Shown in pieces: positions 1 to 9,919 of a stretch of DNA of 64,000 nucleotides. Made by a program: the position numbers and the translations under genes. The stretch spans positions 1,056,001 through 1,120,000 of the forward strand of contig JAWLHY010000001.1 of assembly GCA_041690135.1 (NCBI GenBank). The letters run 5' to 3'. Under the pieces are notes generated by a model, which was not told the origin of the DNA, did not search any database, and was given only the letters and a program-made list of their open reading frames with translations. The stretch's first letter is position 1; every line of letters begins with the position of its first letter. The DNA is from Armatimonadota bacterium (lineage in GTDB: Bacteria; Armatimonadota; SYMT01).

Positions 1-142
1 GTTTCCAACGAGCGGAATTGAGGCTGGGGCCAGTGGCTAAGGACCCGTCACAAAAGTAGCCGCTGCATGGGTCCCAGCCGGAGGCGGGCGCCGGGCCGGG
101 CACCCTTTGGGTGGGACGAAGTGGGTGTGGGCAGTCGCCTTG

Positions 143-166
143 TGTAGCCGCGAGTTTACTCGCCCA
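143..166. repeat. REP-like GTAG palindromic repeat, copy 1
   Basis: TGTAGCCGCGAGTTTACTCGCCCA is identical to 9876-9899; GTAG followed by a GCGAG/CTCGC hairpin; intergenic. Confidence 0.6.
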
Positions 167-246
167 ACTGTAGCGGCTGGTATTGGCTGGTATTGGCCAG
201 AGGATAAGGCCAGGAGGTCCCGGTTGGGGCGCGGATTGCGTCGGAT

Positions 247-590
247 GTGAAACCCATGAGGCATTTAGGTCCTTTGGCGCTGCTGGTACTCGCGTGCATT
301 CCGGCGCCGGCGCGGGCCGACCGGATCGATGACTACGTGCGCGCGCAGATGGAGAAGCGCCACATTCCCGGTCTGTTCCTGGCGGTGGTGGAGCACGGAA
401 AGCTGGTCCGAGCGCGGGGGTACGGGTTTGCCGACCTGGAGTTGCAGGTACGGGCGAAGGCCGAGGCGGTCTACCAGATCCAGTCGATCACGAAATCGTT
501 CACGGCCGCGGGAGTGATGCTGCTCGTTGAGGAAGGCAAGATTCGCCTGGAGGACCCGCCCCACCGTTATCTGCCCGGGCTTCCTACACG
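247..590 (+). pseudogene. Truncated serine hydrolase (beta-lactamase family), N-terminal part only
   Basis: Signal peptide, IPG..LAVV..GK, GYGFADLE, SxxK motif (SITK), LLVEEGKIRLED..RYLP. Similarity stops near aa 113 and the ORF tail (to 981) overlaps the next gene in another frame. Confidence 0.7.
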
Positions 591-742
591 TTCGCCCTCA
601 CCTCGGACGGAAAGGTGGCCGACGTCACCTCCTATCGGGATTGAGGCGAAGCCCCTCGGAGAGGTGGTTCGCGCAGGAAGTCGTTCGCCCAACGGCCAAC
701 GGTATCCGGATTTGCCGCCTCGTCGGGAATTGAGACCAGATC

Positions 743-1582
743 ATGCTTTACATGCACAGCTACACCTACCGGGGCCAGCCGGTGGCCCGGGCCGCGCGGA
801 AGTGCCGCGAGTACGGTTACGATGGGTTGGAGTTGGTGACCAGCCACTACGATCGGAACGACCCGGAAGCTTCCATCGGGGAGGCCGCCCGGCTGGCGGC
901 CACAGCCGGGACGCGGATCGCGGTGGTGGACTTCAGCGGCAACCTGATCGCGGAAGACGCGGAAGAACGCCGCCAGGGTGAAGAAGCGATCGCGCGGGTG
1001 ATTCGGCTGGCATCGGGGATCGGGGCGGTTGGGGTGAACGGGAGCGTGGGGTCGCTTTTCGGCCCCACTCCCGCTAACTGGAGCGAGAACGGCTCGCGCG
1101 TCGCCACCGGGGCGCATTACGAGCGGGCAGCAGAGTCTTTGCGCCGATTGGCGGTCGTGGCGCGCGACGCGGGCTTGTGGATCTCCCTGGAGATCCACAT
1201 GAATACCCCCCACGATACGGCGGCTTCTACCGTACGGTTGCTGGATCTGGTGGAAGATTCCACCGTGGTGGCCAACCTCGATCCGGGCAATATGTATGCC
1301 GTGGAAGATGCGGAAGAGGCCGCGGATGCGGTCCGGATTCTCGGGCCGCACCTGGGCTACGTCCATCTGAAGAACTGCCGGCGGATCGGAGCGGCATTCG
1401 ACTATTCCTGGGCGCTGGACAGTGGCGACATCGATTACTTCCGCGCGCTCCAGGCGGTGCTGGCCACCGGATACTCCGGCGACTACTGCATCGAGTACTG
1501 CGGGGCCGGCGATCCGAGCGTGCCGGCGCGGCGGGACGCGCAGTATTTCCGGGAGACCCTGTGGGAAGCGGGTCAGCCGTAA
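743..1582 (+). CDS. Sugar phosphate isomerase/epimerase (xylose-isomerase-like TIM barrel)
   Basis: GYDGLEL, SLEIH, NLDPGN, YVHLKN, GDIDY, GYSG..CIEY motifs. Confidence 0.85.
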   Translation: MLYMHSYTYRGQPVARAARKCREYGYDGLELVTSHYDRNDPEASIGEAARLAATAGTRIAVVDFSGNLIAEDAEERRQGEEAIARVIRLASGIGAVGVNGSVGSLFGPTPANWSENGSRVATGAHYERAAESLRRLAVVARDAGLWISLEIHMNTPHDTAASTVRLLDLVEDSTVVANLDPGNMYAVEDAEEAADAVRILGPHLGYVHLKNCRRIGAAFDYSWALDSGDIDYFRALQAVLATGYSGDYCIEYCGAGDPSVPARRDAQYFRETLWEAGQP

Positions 1583-1641
1583 ACACTCGTACCGCATCCG
1601 GGTCGAGAAGCGGTGAATTGAGAAGCAAAGGGTAAGAAACC

Positions 1642-2649
1642 GTGAGGAAGTTGGGAGTTGGATTGATCGGCTGCGGCGGCATGGGGCGCAGCCTGGGCCG
1701 GCAACTGATACAGCTCGAGGGCGCGCGCCTGGTGGGGGTGACCGACATCAGCGAAGCCGCGGTAGCGCAGGCGTCGGAAGAGCTGAAGGCGCCCGGTTAC
1801 CCCTCGGTGGAAACCCTACTTTCTCTGCCCGAGTTGGATGCCGTGCTCGTGGCCGCTCCCCCGTTCGAGCACCGGCGTCTGGCCGAACTGGCGGCGGCGC
1901 GCGGCAAGCACCTATTCGTGGAGAAGCCGATGGCGGCTAACACCGCGGACTGCGACGCGATGGCCGCCGCGGCGGAAGCGGCCGGGGTGTTGCTTTCGGT
2001 GGGACAGGTCCTGCGGTATTACCCCTGCTGGTGGAAGATCATCGAGCTGGTCCGCGAGGGGGTGATCGGAAAGCCGCTGGCTGTGACGGTGACCCGCATC
2101 AGCGGCGGCTGGAGCGGCTGGTCCGTACCGTGGCGCAACTCACTGGAAGAGTCCGGCGGTCTGCTGATGGAAGTGAACGCGCACGAACTCGACTTCATGG
2201 GGCAGGTGTGCGGTGACGTGGAGCGGGTGTACGCCGAGGCGGACCACTACCTGGACGAGGACCCCAGCGACTACCCCAATCTCTACTTCGTTTCGCTCCG
2301 CTTCAAGTCCGGAGCGGTCGGGATGCTCCATTCCAGCACCCTTTCCACCATCAACGATCTCACCGGCAAGGTGCAGGGCAGTGAAGGGACGATCGTTTAC
2401 ACGGACGGCTTCGGCCCGGACGGGGTGATCCAGTATCGCCGGCGCGACGGTGAGCTCCAGACGATTCGGGTCGCTGAAATCGAAAAGGAGCAGCCGGTCC
2501 GCCACGAATTGCGCCTCTTCGTGGAAGCGGTGCTTGGCGGATCTCCCGCCCCCATTCCGGCCACCGAGGGCCGGCGGAATGTGGCAGTGGCCCTGGCCGC
2601 CTACGAATCGGCTCGCACGGGTCAGCCTGCTGATCCGTCCCGCTTCTGA
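1642..2649 (+). CDS. Gfo/Idh/MocA family oxidoreductase
   Basis: GLIGCGGMG Rossmann motif, HLFVEKPMA, GGLLME..AHELD. Confidence 0.92.
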   Translation: MRKLGVGLIGCGGMGRSLGRQLIQLEGARLVGVTDISEAAVAQASEELKAPGYPSVETLLSLPELDAVLVAAPPFEHRRLAELAAARGKHLFVEKPMAANTADCDAMAAAAEAAGVLLSVGQVLRYYPCWWKIIELVREGVIGKPLAVTVTRISGGWSGWSVPWRNSLEESGGLLMEVNAHELDFMGQVCGDVERVYAEADHYLDEDPSDYPNLYFVSLRFKSGAVGMLHSSTLSTINDLTGKVQGSEGTIVYTDGFGPDGVIQYRRRDGELQTIRVAEIEKEQPVRHELRLFVEAVLGGSPAPIPATEGRRNVAVALAAYESARTGQPADPSRF

Positions 2650-2657
2650 ACTACGGC

Positions 2658-3797
2658 ATGCGCGTACTGATCGCTCCGGATAGCTTCAAAGGCAGCCTCA
2701 AGTCGCCGGACGTGGCGGCGGCCATGGCCTTGGGGGTGCGGGACGCCTGCCCCCACGCGATAGTTACGGAACTGCCCGTGGGTGACGGCGGGGAGGGTAC
2801 GCTGGAGGCTCTCGTGGCCGCCACCGGGGGAGAGTACCTACCGATCGAGGTGGAAGGCCCCCTCGGCGAACCGCTTACGGCGCGTCTCGGTCTCCTCGGC
2901 GACGGGGAGACCGTTTTCGTGGAGATGGCCGAGGCCAGCGGTCTCTCACGTCTCACCTCCGAGCAACGGGACCCTCTCCGCGCCTCCACGTACGGCACCG
3001 GCCAGCTCATCCGAGCGGCCTTGGCCACCGGTCGCCGGCGCATGCTGATCGGAATCGGGGGCAGCGCCACCAACGATGGCGGCGCGGGGATGCTGGTGGC
3101 CCTGGGTGCGCGCCTACTGGATGTGGGGGGAGTGCCGCTTCCACCGGGCGGTGCGTCCCTGGAGAATCTGGCCTCGGTCGATCTCACGCAGTTGGCCGTT
3201 CCCTCCGACATGGAGATTATTGTTGCCTGTGACGTGACCAACCCTCTGACCGGTCCCCAGGGCGCTTCCGCGGTTTACGGTCCGCAGAAGGGAGCGACCC
3301 CAGCCGATATCGAGCGGCTGGACCGCTGCCTGGCGCGCCTGGCGGAGGTGACGGCAGAGAGGCTGGGCCGGGATTGGTCGAATGCTCCGGGCGCGGGAGC
3401 GGCGGGTGGCCTCGGATTCGCGCTGCTCGCGTTCCTGGGCGGGCGCCTGGAGCGCGGCGTGGAACTGGTGCTGGAAGCGATCCGTTTCGACGACCATCTG
3501 CGCGGCGCGGACCTGGTGTTGACGGGCGAGGGCCGAATCGATGTTCAGACGACTTCTTTCGGGAAGACGCTGACGGGGATTGGGGCGCGGGCGAGCGCGG
3601 CGGGAGTGCCGGTGTTGGCGCTGGGCGGCGGGTTGGGCGCCGACCTGGGCGACTACCGGGCCGCGGGGATTTCCGGGGTCTCGAGCATCGTACCGCGGCC
3701 AATGGGCCTGGATGAAGCGATGGCATCCGCCTCATCGCTCGTTCGGGACGCAGTGCGGCGCTTAATCGAGGTGTTTCAAGCGGGGTCCGGAAGGTAG
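2658..3797 (+). CDS. glxK: Glycerate kinase
   Basis: IAPDSFKGSL, DGGEGT, GIGGSATNDGGAG, GAGAAGGLG, TGEGRID signature motifs. Confidence 0.93.
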   Translation: MRVLIAPDSFKGSLKSPDVAAAMALGVRDACPHAIVTELPVGDGGEGTLEALVAATGGEYLPIEVEGPLGEPLTARLGLLGDGETVFVEMAEASGLSRLTSEQRDPLRASTYGTGQLIRAALATGRRRMLIGIGGSATNDGGAGMLVALGARLLDVGGVPLPPGGASLENLASVDLTQLAVPSDMEIIVACDVTNPLTGPQGASAVYGPQKGATPADIERLDRCLARLAEVTAERLGRDWSNAPGAGAAGGLGFALLAFLGGRLERGVELVLEAIRFDDHLRGADLVLTGEGRIDVQTTSFGKTLTGIGARASAAGVPVLALGGGLGADLGDYRAAGISGVSSIVPRPMGLDEAMASASSLVRDAVRRLIEVFQAGSGR

Positions 3798-3922
3798 AAC
3801 TGTAGGAAAAGGTCTCCGGAAGAGACGGCGCCCGAAGTGTTCCCCTGGTGGGCGACCGCAAAGACGGGACTGCGATTGACGGGCCGGAAGCCCGGTTAAA
3901 AGAATAGACGAAAGGCCGAGCG

Positions 3923-4324
3923 ATGGACCAAGAGCAGGAGATGAAAGATTACCGCAAGGTGTCGATGGCGTTCTGGGCGCAGTCGCGCGCCGATCTCGCC
4001 ACCTCCACCACCCTGCTGGATGCGGGCATTTACTACGCCAGCGTCTTCTTCAGCCAGCAGGCGGCGGAAAAAGCGCTCAAGGCGGCCATCGCGGACATGC
4101 AGAAGCGGAACGTCAAGGGTCACAACCTGGTCCAGATGGCGAACTCGCTCAATGCGCCGGTCGAGATCATGAACGCCGCGGCCGAGTTGAACCCGGAGTT
4201 CATGGAGAGCCGGAATCCGGAGAACGTGGACGGTGTGCCCGCCCAACTCTACGACAAGACCTCGGCGCGGATTCACCTCCGCTGCGCCCAGGACATCCTG
4301 AACTGGGCCAAGCAGTTGATCTGA
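3923..4324 (+). CDS. HEPN domain protein, no adjacent nucleotidyltransferase
   Basis: A.ADL..., FFSQQAAEKALKA, GHNL pattern typical of HEPN (PF05168-like). Confidence 0.8.
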   Translation: MDQEQEMKDYRKVSMAFWAQSRADLATSTTLLDAGIYYASVFFSQQAAEKALKAAIADMQKRNVKGHNLVQMANSLNAPVEIMNAAAELNPEFMESRNPENVDGVPAQLYDKTSARIHLRCAQDILNWAKQLI

Positions 4325-4334
4325 AAGCTGCGGT

Positions 4335-6014
4335 TCACCGGGTCAACGCCCGACGAACTGCGCGGGCGATCATGTCCAGTCCCGTAGCATTGGGATGAAT
4401 ACCGTCGGGGAGGAGAGCCTCCCACGCGGGAGTGCTGCGGAATAGTTCGTAAACGTCCACCAGGTCCGTGCGCTCTTCGCGGGCGACTTCTCGAACGGCG
4501 GCGGTGTAGTCCTTCAGCACGAAGTTGATATCCGGCGCCGTGGCATAGCGGCCCCGGCGGGCATGCGGGTACGCGGGGGTCATCGGGTTCGGCGTGCAAA
4601 GCACGACTCTGGCTCCCTGCCGCCGGGCTTCCCGTACCAGTGCCCGCAGATTCTCGCGATACTCGGCTAGCGGAATCCGTGGTTCGCTGCGCTCCGTTGG
4701 CCCCGGATCGATCAGGGCCGCGTCGTTGAGACCGTACATGATCGCGATCGCATCCACGCGGTGCAGAGAGCCGAAGACCCGCGGAAACCGCTGCAGCGCC
4801 TGCCGGGTGTTCTCTCCACCGAGCCCGGCGTTCACGACCCAGGTCCGCGTCTCCTTGCCGGCCAGGAGGCTTTCCAGTACCTGTGGGTAGGTCTCGCTCT
4901 CGCGGACACCGCTGCGTCCTACCCCGTGCGTCACGGAGTCGCCCAGGCTTACCACTACGGGCCGGGAAGACTCATTCTTGAGCAGTGCCGTGACGCTGGT
5001 GGTCAGGTTCGTGGCCGCACGTGACCGAGCTCGGTCTTCACCACCCGCAATCTGGATCTGTCCGTCCCGCACCCCCACCGTCGCCACGGCCGAGGTGCCG
5101 GAAAGGGCGGCGGTTTCCCGGTAGTGGTTCTTGCCCGTCTCGTAGACGAGCACGCGCCGCTCGAAGCCGTAGGCCGGACCGTAACGCTGCATGTCGTCGG
5201 GACCGCCGGAGTAGCCGCCGAACAGGCCGATCCTTCCCTCGCCCAGGTAGGCGGCGGAAACGGCACGGGCGGCGTACGGCATCGGGTTCAACATGGACCA
5301 GCGGTCCACGCCCGGTTCGTAGTAGCACGCCTGGTCGAGGTTTACCGCCTGTCCGGCGGCGTTCGCGTTGCAGCCCCCGAACACCAGTATCGCCCGCCCG
5401 TCCGAAGCGGCCGCCGAGAGGCAGCGGACCGGGCCCGGAAGCGGCGCCACCGACTTCCAGCCCAGGCTTCTCCGGCGCAGGTCGAGACGGAGCACCTCGC
5501 GCGTCGACGTGCGCAGGTCGGCGGGATCATCGCACCCGCCCGCGAGATAGAGCGCGTCCTCCACGAGCGTCAACGCCCCGTAGGCGCGGGGCCGCGGCAG
5601 GTCGGGCAGAGGCGTCCACTTCAAGGTCCCGCCCGCTCGTTCCAGTCGCCAGGAGCGGGCGCTTGGCTTTCCCTCCGCCTCGCCCCCTACGACGTACAGG
5701 CGCTGTCCGTCCGCTACCGTGCCGGCGCCAGCGAGTGGAAGCGGCAGGGGTGGACCCGCTTCCCAGCGGTCCTCTTGCGGGCTGTAAACGTCTGTCCGCT
5801 CCGACCAGCGCTTCTGTTCGTTTGACCAGTAACTGCCGCCCGCTACCACGAACCGGTCCCCGATCCAGCCACCCGCCGCACCGGCCCGTGCCAGCGGCAG
5901 GTCCGCCCCCCGCCGCCACGCCCCCACCGGCGCCGCAGGTTGGCTGATAGCGGCAGAACCGGCCGCAAGACAAATGAAACCCAGGCCCACCAGATACATC
6001 TGCGCGTTCATCAT
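4335..6014 (-). CDS. Exported Kelch-repeat beta-propeller fused to an SGNH/GDSL hydrolase
   Basis: Signal peptide; about 6 Kelch units (VVAGG, YVVGG, YLAGG, LVFGG, GLFGG, IAGG); C-terminal GDS, GLND and DGIHP SGNH blocks. Start placed at MMNAQ. Confidence 0.8.
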   Translation of the reverse strand: MMNAQMYLVGLGFICLAAGSAAISQPAAPVGAWRRGADLPLARAGAAGGWIGDRFVVAGGSYWSNEQKRWSERTDVYSPQEDRWEAGPPLPLPLAGAGTVADGQRLYVVGGEAEGKPSARSWRLERAGGTLKWTPLPDLPRPRAYGALTLVEDALYLAGGCDDPADLRTSTREVLRLDLRRRSLGWKSVAPLPGPVRCLSAAASDGRAILVFGGCNANAAGQAVNLDQACYYEPGVDRWSMLNPMPYAARAVSAAYLGEGRIGLFGGYSGGPDDMQRYGPAYGFERRVLVYETGKNHYRETAALSGTSAVATVGVRDGQIQIAGGEDRARSRAATNLTTSVTALLKNESSRPVVVSLGDSVTHGVGRSGVRESETYPQVLESLLAGKETRTWVVNAGLGGENTRQALQRFPRVFGSLHRVDAIAIMYGLNDAALIDPGPTERSEPRIPLAEYRENLRALVREARRQGARVVLCTPNPMTPAYPHARRGRYATAPDINFVLKDYTAAVREVAREERTDLVDVYELFRSTPAWEALLPDGIHPNATGLDMIARAVRRALTR

Positions 6015-6203
6015 CCCCAAATACCCTGGTTTACGGTCCGTTGTTGGCTCTTCGAATCTCGATTTGAGGATTTCGGAAGCACCCACTCCCGCAGTCTTTA
6101 CGGGTCGATCCGTGGAGCTACTTTCCAACCGGTTCCCTTTCCGCGCCCATCCGCGTGTTCCGCGGGCAACCCGCTCCTCTCCAGCTCTCACGGTGTGGTG
6201 CCT

Positions 6204-7757
6204 TTATGGAGACGGTGGGAATTTCCGGATACGGCTGTAGCGCGGATACGTCTCGAAGATCTCCGGATGGTTCCCCAGCCTCGGATCGCCGGTTTCCTTC
6301 AGATAAGCGTCCAGCGTGTCGCGAAGACGTTTTCGGGCGGCCGCGTGCACGGGATCGGTCGCCAGGTTCTTGAGGCACGCCGGGTCCTTCTCGATCGCGT
6401 ACAGCTCCTCCGCGGGTCGCTTTCCGACTGACCAGTGCAGGAATGGGGCGATCTTCGAATCGTCGCGCCGCGTGACGAGGATGGCCTTGGACGGGGCGGC
6501 ATCAATGTCGAAATAGCCGTCCACGTCACCCCGGTCGGCCACTTCGGCATCCTCCAGGAGCCGCGGATCGCCGGCCGGCCACCGCTCGGGATGGAAGTTG
6601 CGGATGTAGAGATACTCTCGGGTGCGGAGCGCGCGGATGGGGTATCCGTGGTTGTTGTACCGGGACGAGGAATGACGCTCGCGGGCAGTAAAGGCCCGGT
6701 CGCGGCTCGGGTCCACCCTTCCCTGTTTGCGAGAGGTCAGGAGGCTCATCATGCTGCGCCCCGTCATGGCGCCGGTCGGCTTGAGGCCCGTGGCTTCCAG
6801 GAACGTGGGCGCAAAGTCGATGAAGGAGATCAGGTCCTCCACCACCCGGCCGCCGGGGATCTTTGCCGGCCAGCTGATCGCCAGCGGCAGACGGAACCCA
6901 TCGTCGTAGCAGTTGGCCTTGGCCCGGGGGAAAGACATCCCGTTATCCGAGGTAACCACAACCAGGGTGTTGTCCAACTCGCCGGCCTTCTCCAGGGTTT
7001 CCAGCATCTGGCCGAGGTGCCGGTCGAACCATTCGATCTCTAGATAGTAGTCGAGGAGATCGCTCCGGACTTCCGGCGTGTCCGGGAGATACGGCGGCAC
7101 CTCTGCGTCTTCCAGCTTCTTGCCCGCCTTCAACCCCGAGCCCTTCTCGAACACGCGGTGCGGCTCGCTGCCGCCGTACCAGAAGCAGAACGGTTGTCCC
7201 GGCTTGCGCTCTGCCAGGAATTGACGGAAGTTGCCGGCATAGTCCGTGGCGGCGACGCCCCCGAGTGGCTTCTCCTTCAGGCGGACCGCGTTATAGTCGG
7301 GCCCTGCTGGGTTACGAGTCCTGCCGCCTTCCTTCCAGTTGCCGGGGCCCCATCCCTTGCCCGTATAGCCGACGTGATACCCCGCGTTTTCCAGCAGGTC
7401 GGGGTAGACCTGGTACTTCGCGGAGAAGGAGCTGGCGTGGGTCCCCGCGTGCTCGACCTGCCAGGTGTGTCGGCCCGTGAGGATCGCCGCACGCGAAGGG
7501 CTGCAGCCGGGTGAGGCGCTGAAGGCATGGGTGAACCGGATCCCCGTACGGGCCACCCAGTCAAACGCGGGGGTTCGGACTCCCTTACAGCCATCCGCGC
7601 TGGTGTGCGGCCACGACTGGTCGTCCGAGATCGCGAAAAGGATGTTCGGGCGCTTCGCCGGAGCCTTCTGCGCACCACGGCCCGCCCCCTGAAGCGCCAC
7701 CACCGCCGCAGTGACCAACAGTCCGGCCACCCATCGTTTGCCACCCGAAGCCGTCAT
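6204..7757 (-). CDS. Exported sulfatase (N-sulfoglucosamine sulfohydrolase-like)
   Basis: RPNILFAISDD, CSPSRA formylglycine motif, TSDNG, EELY..DP; signal peptide from MTASGG. Confidence 0.9.
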   Translation of the reverse strand: MTASGGKRWVAGLLVTAAVVALQGAGRGAQKAPAKRPNILFAISDDQSWPHTSADGCKGVRTPAFDWVARTGIRFTHAFSASPGCSPSRAAILTGRHTWQVEHAGTHASSFSAKYQVYPDLLENAGYHVGYTGKGWGPGNWKEGGRTRNPAGPDYNAVRLKEKPLGGVAATDYAGNFRQFLAERKPGQPFCFWYGGSEPHRVFEKGSGLKAGKKLEDAEVPPYLPDTPEVRSDLLDYYLEIEWFDRHLGQMLETLEKAGELDNTLVVVTSDNGMSFPRAKANCYDDGFRLPLAISWPAKIPGGRVVEDLISFIDFAPTFLEATGLKPTGAMTGRSMMSLLTSRKQGRVDPSRDRAFTARERHSSSRYNNHGYPIRALRTREYLYIRNFHPERWPAGDPRLLEDAEVADRGDVDGYFDIDAAPSKAILVTRRDDSKIAPFLHWSVGKRPAEELYAIEKDPACLKNLATDPVHAAARKRLRDTLDAYLKETGDPRLGNHPEIFETYPRYSRIRKFPPSP

Positions 7758-7923
7758 CGATTCCCTCCCACAGTCCATCCACGAGCAATTCTCGTTGCAC
7801 GAACCCCACAGTCGCTTGTTCCGCGCACAACTCGCACTTGCCTCCCCGCGGTGATCCTGGCGCCTGGCGGGAAGTGTTTCGACACCTTTCCGTCCGGTTT
7901 TGCCGCCGTGCTCCAGCCTCATC

Positions 7924-7965
7924 GAAAAGTGGCCCCCTCGCCCGCGGGCGAGGGGGTCACTTTTC
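7924..7965 (-). terminator. Long inverted repeat, likely intrinsic terminator
   Basis: GAAAAGTG-G-CCCCCTCGCCC-GC-GGGCGAGGGGG-T-CACTTTTC, downstream of the minus-strand fragment ending at 8045. Confidence 0.6.
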
Positions 7966-8044
7966 CACGGCGCATTCCTGCCGACCGGAGGACTGCATCA
8001 CGTCGACGACCTCGGATAACCCCGAGGCGGAAAGGGATTGAAGC

Positions 8045-8261
8045 CTAAGGCGCTGCCGGATCCCAGAACCTGCGAGCTACCGGATCAGAAGGCCACACGG
8101 CATTATCGTTGGCAAGCAACTTGGTAGTCTGGCTGGACTTGGCGTGCCCATCCAGGTACACCACGTTCGTTTGATCGCTGTGCCGGGGAGCGGGCGCGGG
8201 GGAGTTATCAGTGGCGACCTCATCCCAGTCCAGCAGATAGTAAGGCGAGTTCGTGGTATAC
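8045..8261 (-). pseudogene. C-terminal remnant of a DUF1559/H-X9-DG gene
   Basis: PRHSDQTNVVYLDGHAK is an H-X9-DG motif; there is no room for the prepilin N-terminus before the upstream sulfatase stop at 8340. Confidence 0.65.
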
Positions 8262-8339
8262 AACCGCAGAGACGCAAGGGACTTGCTAACGTTTCCACGA
8301 AGTAGCCGCCCATTCGCAGCGCGGCCTATTGCACCACCT

Positions 8340-9800
8340 CTATTGTTCTCCAACGGCCCGAAATGCGGGACGCTCGCCGGGGACGGGCGAGTTGTCGAAC
8401 GTCCCCCGCCGGATGACCGCGTCGCGTCCGCCGAACGCCTCCACGCGTGCGGCCTGGTCGACACGGGCCCGAGCGTCGACGGCTTCCGGGTCCACGATCT
8501 CGCGCAGGCGGCCCTCCATTGCTAGCAGCGTTTCGACATGGTCCGGATGGCCGGCGAGATCGTGGATCTCGTCCGGGTCCGCTTCCAGGTCGAAGAGCTG
8601 CGGGGGCTCCCTTACGTAGTGGACATACTTGAAGCGCCCTTGCCGGAGCATGAAGATCCCGTGCCGGGAGTTGACCGCATGATACTCGCTCAGCACCGCT
8701 CGGTCCGTCGGCGAGTGGGGCTGCCGGCAGAGCTCCCAGAGTGACCGGCCCGGCAGGTCGGCGTCTTCCCCATGCGGACGAGCACCCACCGCTTCCACGA
8801 TGGTGGGAAAACAGTCCACCAGCGAGACCGGCGTGCCGACGGTCTCCCCCGCCGGCACGTCGGGACCGGCCACGATCAGGGGGATCGCCGCCGACTCTTC
8901 GTACATCGTGAATTTCCCGAAGAGGCCGCGCCCGCCCAGACACTCGCCGTGGTCCGAGGAGTAGATCACCCGCGTCCGGTCCGTGAGGTTCGCCTCCCTC
9001 ACGGCCCCGAGCACCTCCCCCACCCGCTCATCGAGGTAGGTGCAGGCGCCGTAATAGGCGGCGATAGCGTTGCGGACTGTTCGCTCGTCCATCTCCACCA
9101 GGCCGAACTGGGTTCGCATCCGGGCCAATGAGGGGTGGTCCGGCTGTTCGCCCGCGCGCCACTGGGGTGGGAGCGGAATGTCTTCCAGCGGGTAAAGATC
9201 GTAAAGCCGCTCCGGCGCCACGTAGGGCGGATGCGGGCACACGAACGAAACGAAGAGCGCCCACGGGTGCGGGTCGTCCGCGTGGTGACGGATCCACTGC
9301 CGGGCCGTCGCCGCGATCCGCGCGTCGTAGTCGAGGTAGGTCGACTCGCCAGGGCCGGCGCTGGCGACCCCATCCAGCTTCTTCCGTGCGGGAGGATCGT
9401 CGCGGATGCAGCCGAGGAGGTCCCCCACTCCGTCCACCACGTGGAGCGGATCGATCTCCTCGGAAAACCCGTTGTCGTCCTCACGGCTGCGGAAGTGCAG
9501 CTTGCCGATGGACGCGACTGTATACCCCTGGTCTCGCAGGCGGTGGTGCCAGCCCGGTACGCTTCCGTCATAGGGGAAGGCGTTGTCCCAGAACCCGATC
9601 TGGTGGACCCACCGGCCCGTCGCCAGGCTCGCCCGCGCCGGTACGCAAATGGGACAGGGCGTGTAAGCGTTCGTGAACCGCACCCCCCGGGCCGCGAGCC
9701 GGTCCAGGTTCGGCGTGCGAACGAGCGGATGTCCGTAGCACCCCGCGGCATCGCGGTTATGCTCGTCGGAGAGAATGAAGAGAAGGTGAGCCGGCTTCAA
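8340..9800 (-). CDS. Sulfatase (choline-sulfatase-like, cytoplasmic)
   Basis: LFILSDEH, CVPARA motif, GKLH, SSDHG, QLFDL..DPDE. Confidence 0.9.
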   Translation of the reverse strand: MKPAHLLFILSDEHNRDAAGCYGHPLVRTPNLDRLAARGVRFTNAYTPCPICVPARASLATGRWVHQIGFWDNAFPYDGSVPGWHHRLRDQGYTVASIGKLHFRSREDDNGFSEEIDPLHVVDGVGDLLGCIRDDPPARKKLDGVASAGPGESTYLDYDARIAATARQWIRHHADDPHPWALFVSFVCPHPPYVAPERLYDLYPLEDIPLPPQWRAGEQPDHPSLARMRTQFGLVEMDERTVRNAIAAYYGACTYLDERVGEVLGAVREANLTDRTRVIYSSDHGECLGGRGLFGKFTMYEESAAIPLIVAGPDVPAGETVGTPVSLVDCFPTIVEAVGARPHGEDADLPGRSLWELCRQPHSPTDRAVLSEYHAVNSRHGIFMLRQGRFKYVHYVREPPQLFDLEADPDEIHDLAGHPDHVETLLAMEGRLREIVDPEAVDARARVDQAARVEAFGGRDAVIRRGTFDNSPVPGERPAFRAVGEQ

Positions 9801-9875
9801 CGCTTTGCCCGTTTTGTGTAAGGCTTTCCTAGCCGACGGAGGTTTACGCCCCGAGGGGGTGTCGGCTTCGCTGTT

Positions 9876-9899
9876 TGTAGCCGCGAGTTTACTCGCCCA
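9876..9899. repeat. REP-like GTAG palindromic repeat, copy 2
   Basis: Identical 24-mer to 143-166; intergenic. Confidence 0.6.
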
Positions 9900-9919
9900 T
9901 CTACGCCGGCTTCAAGGTG

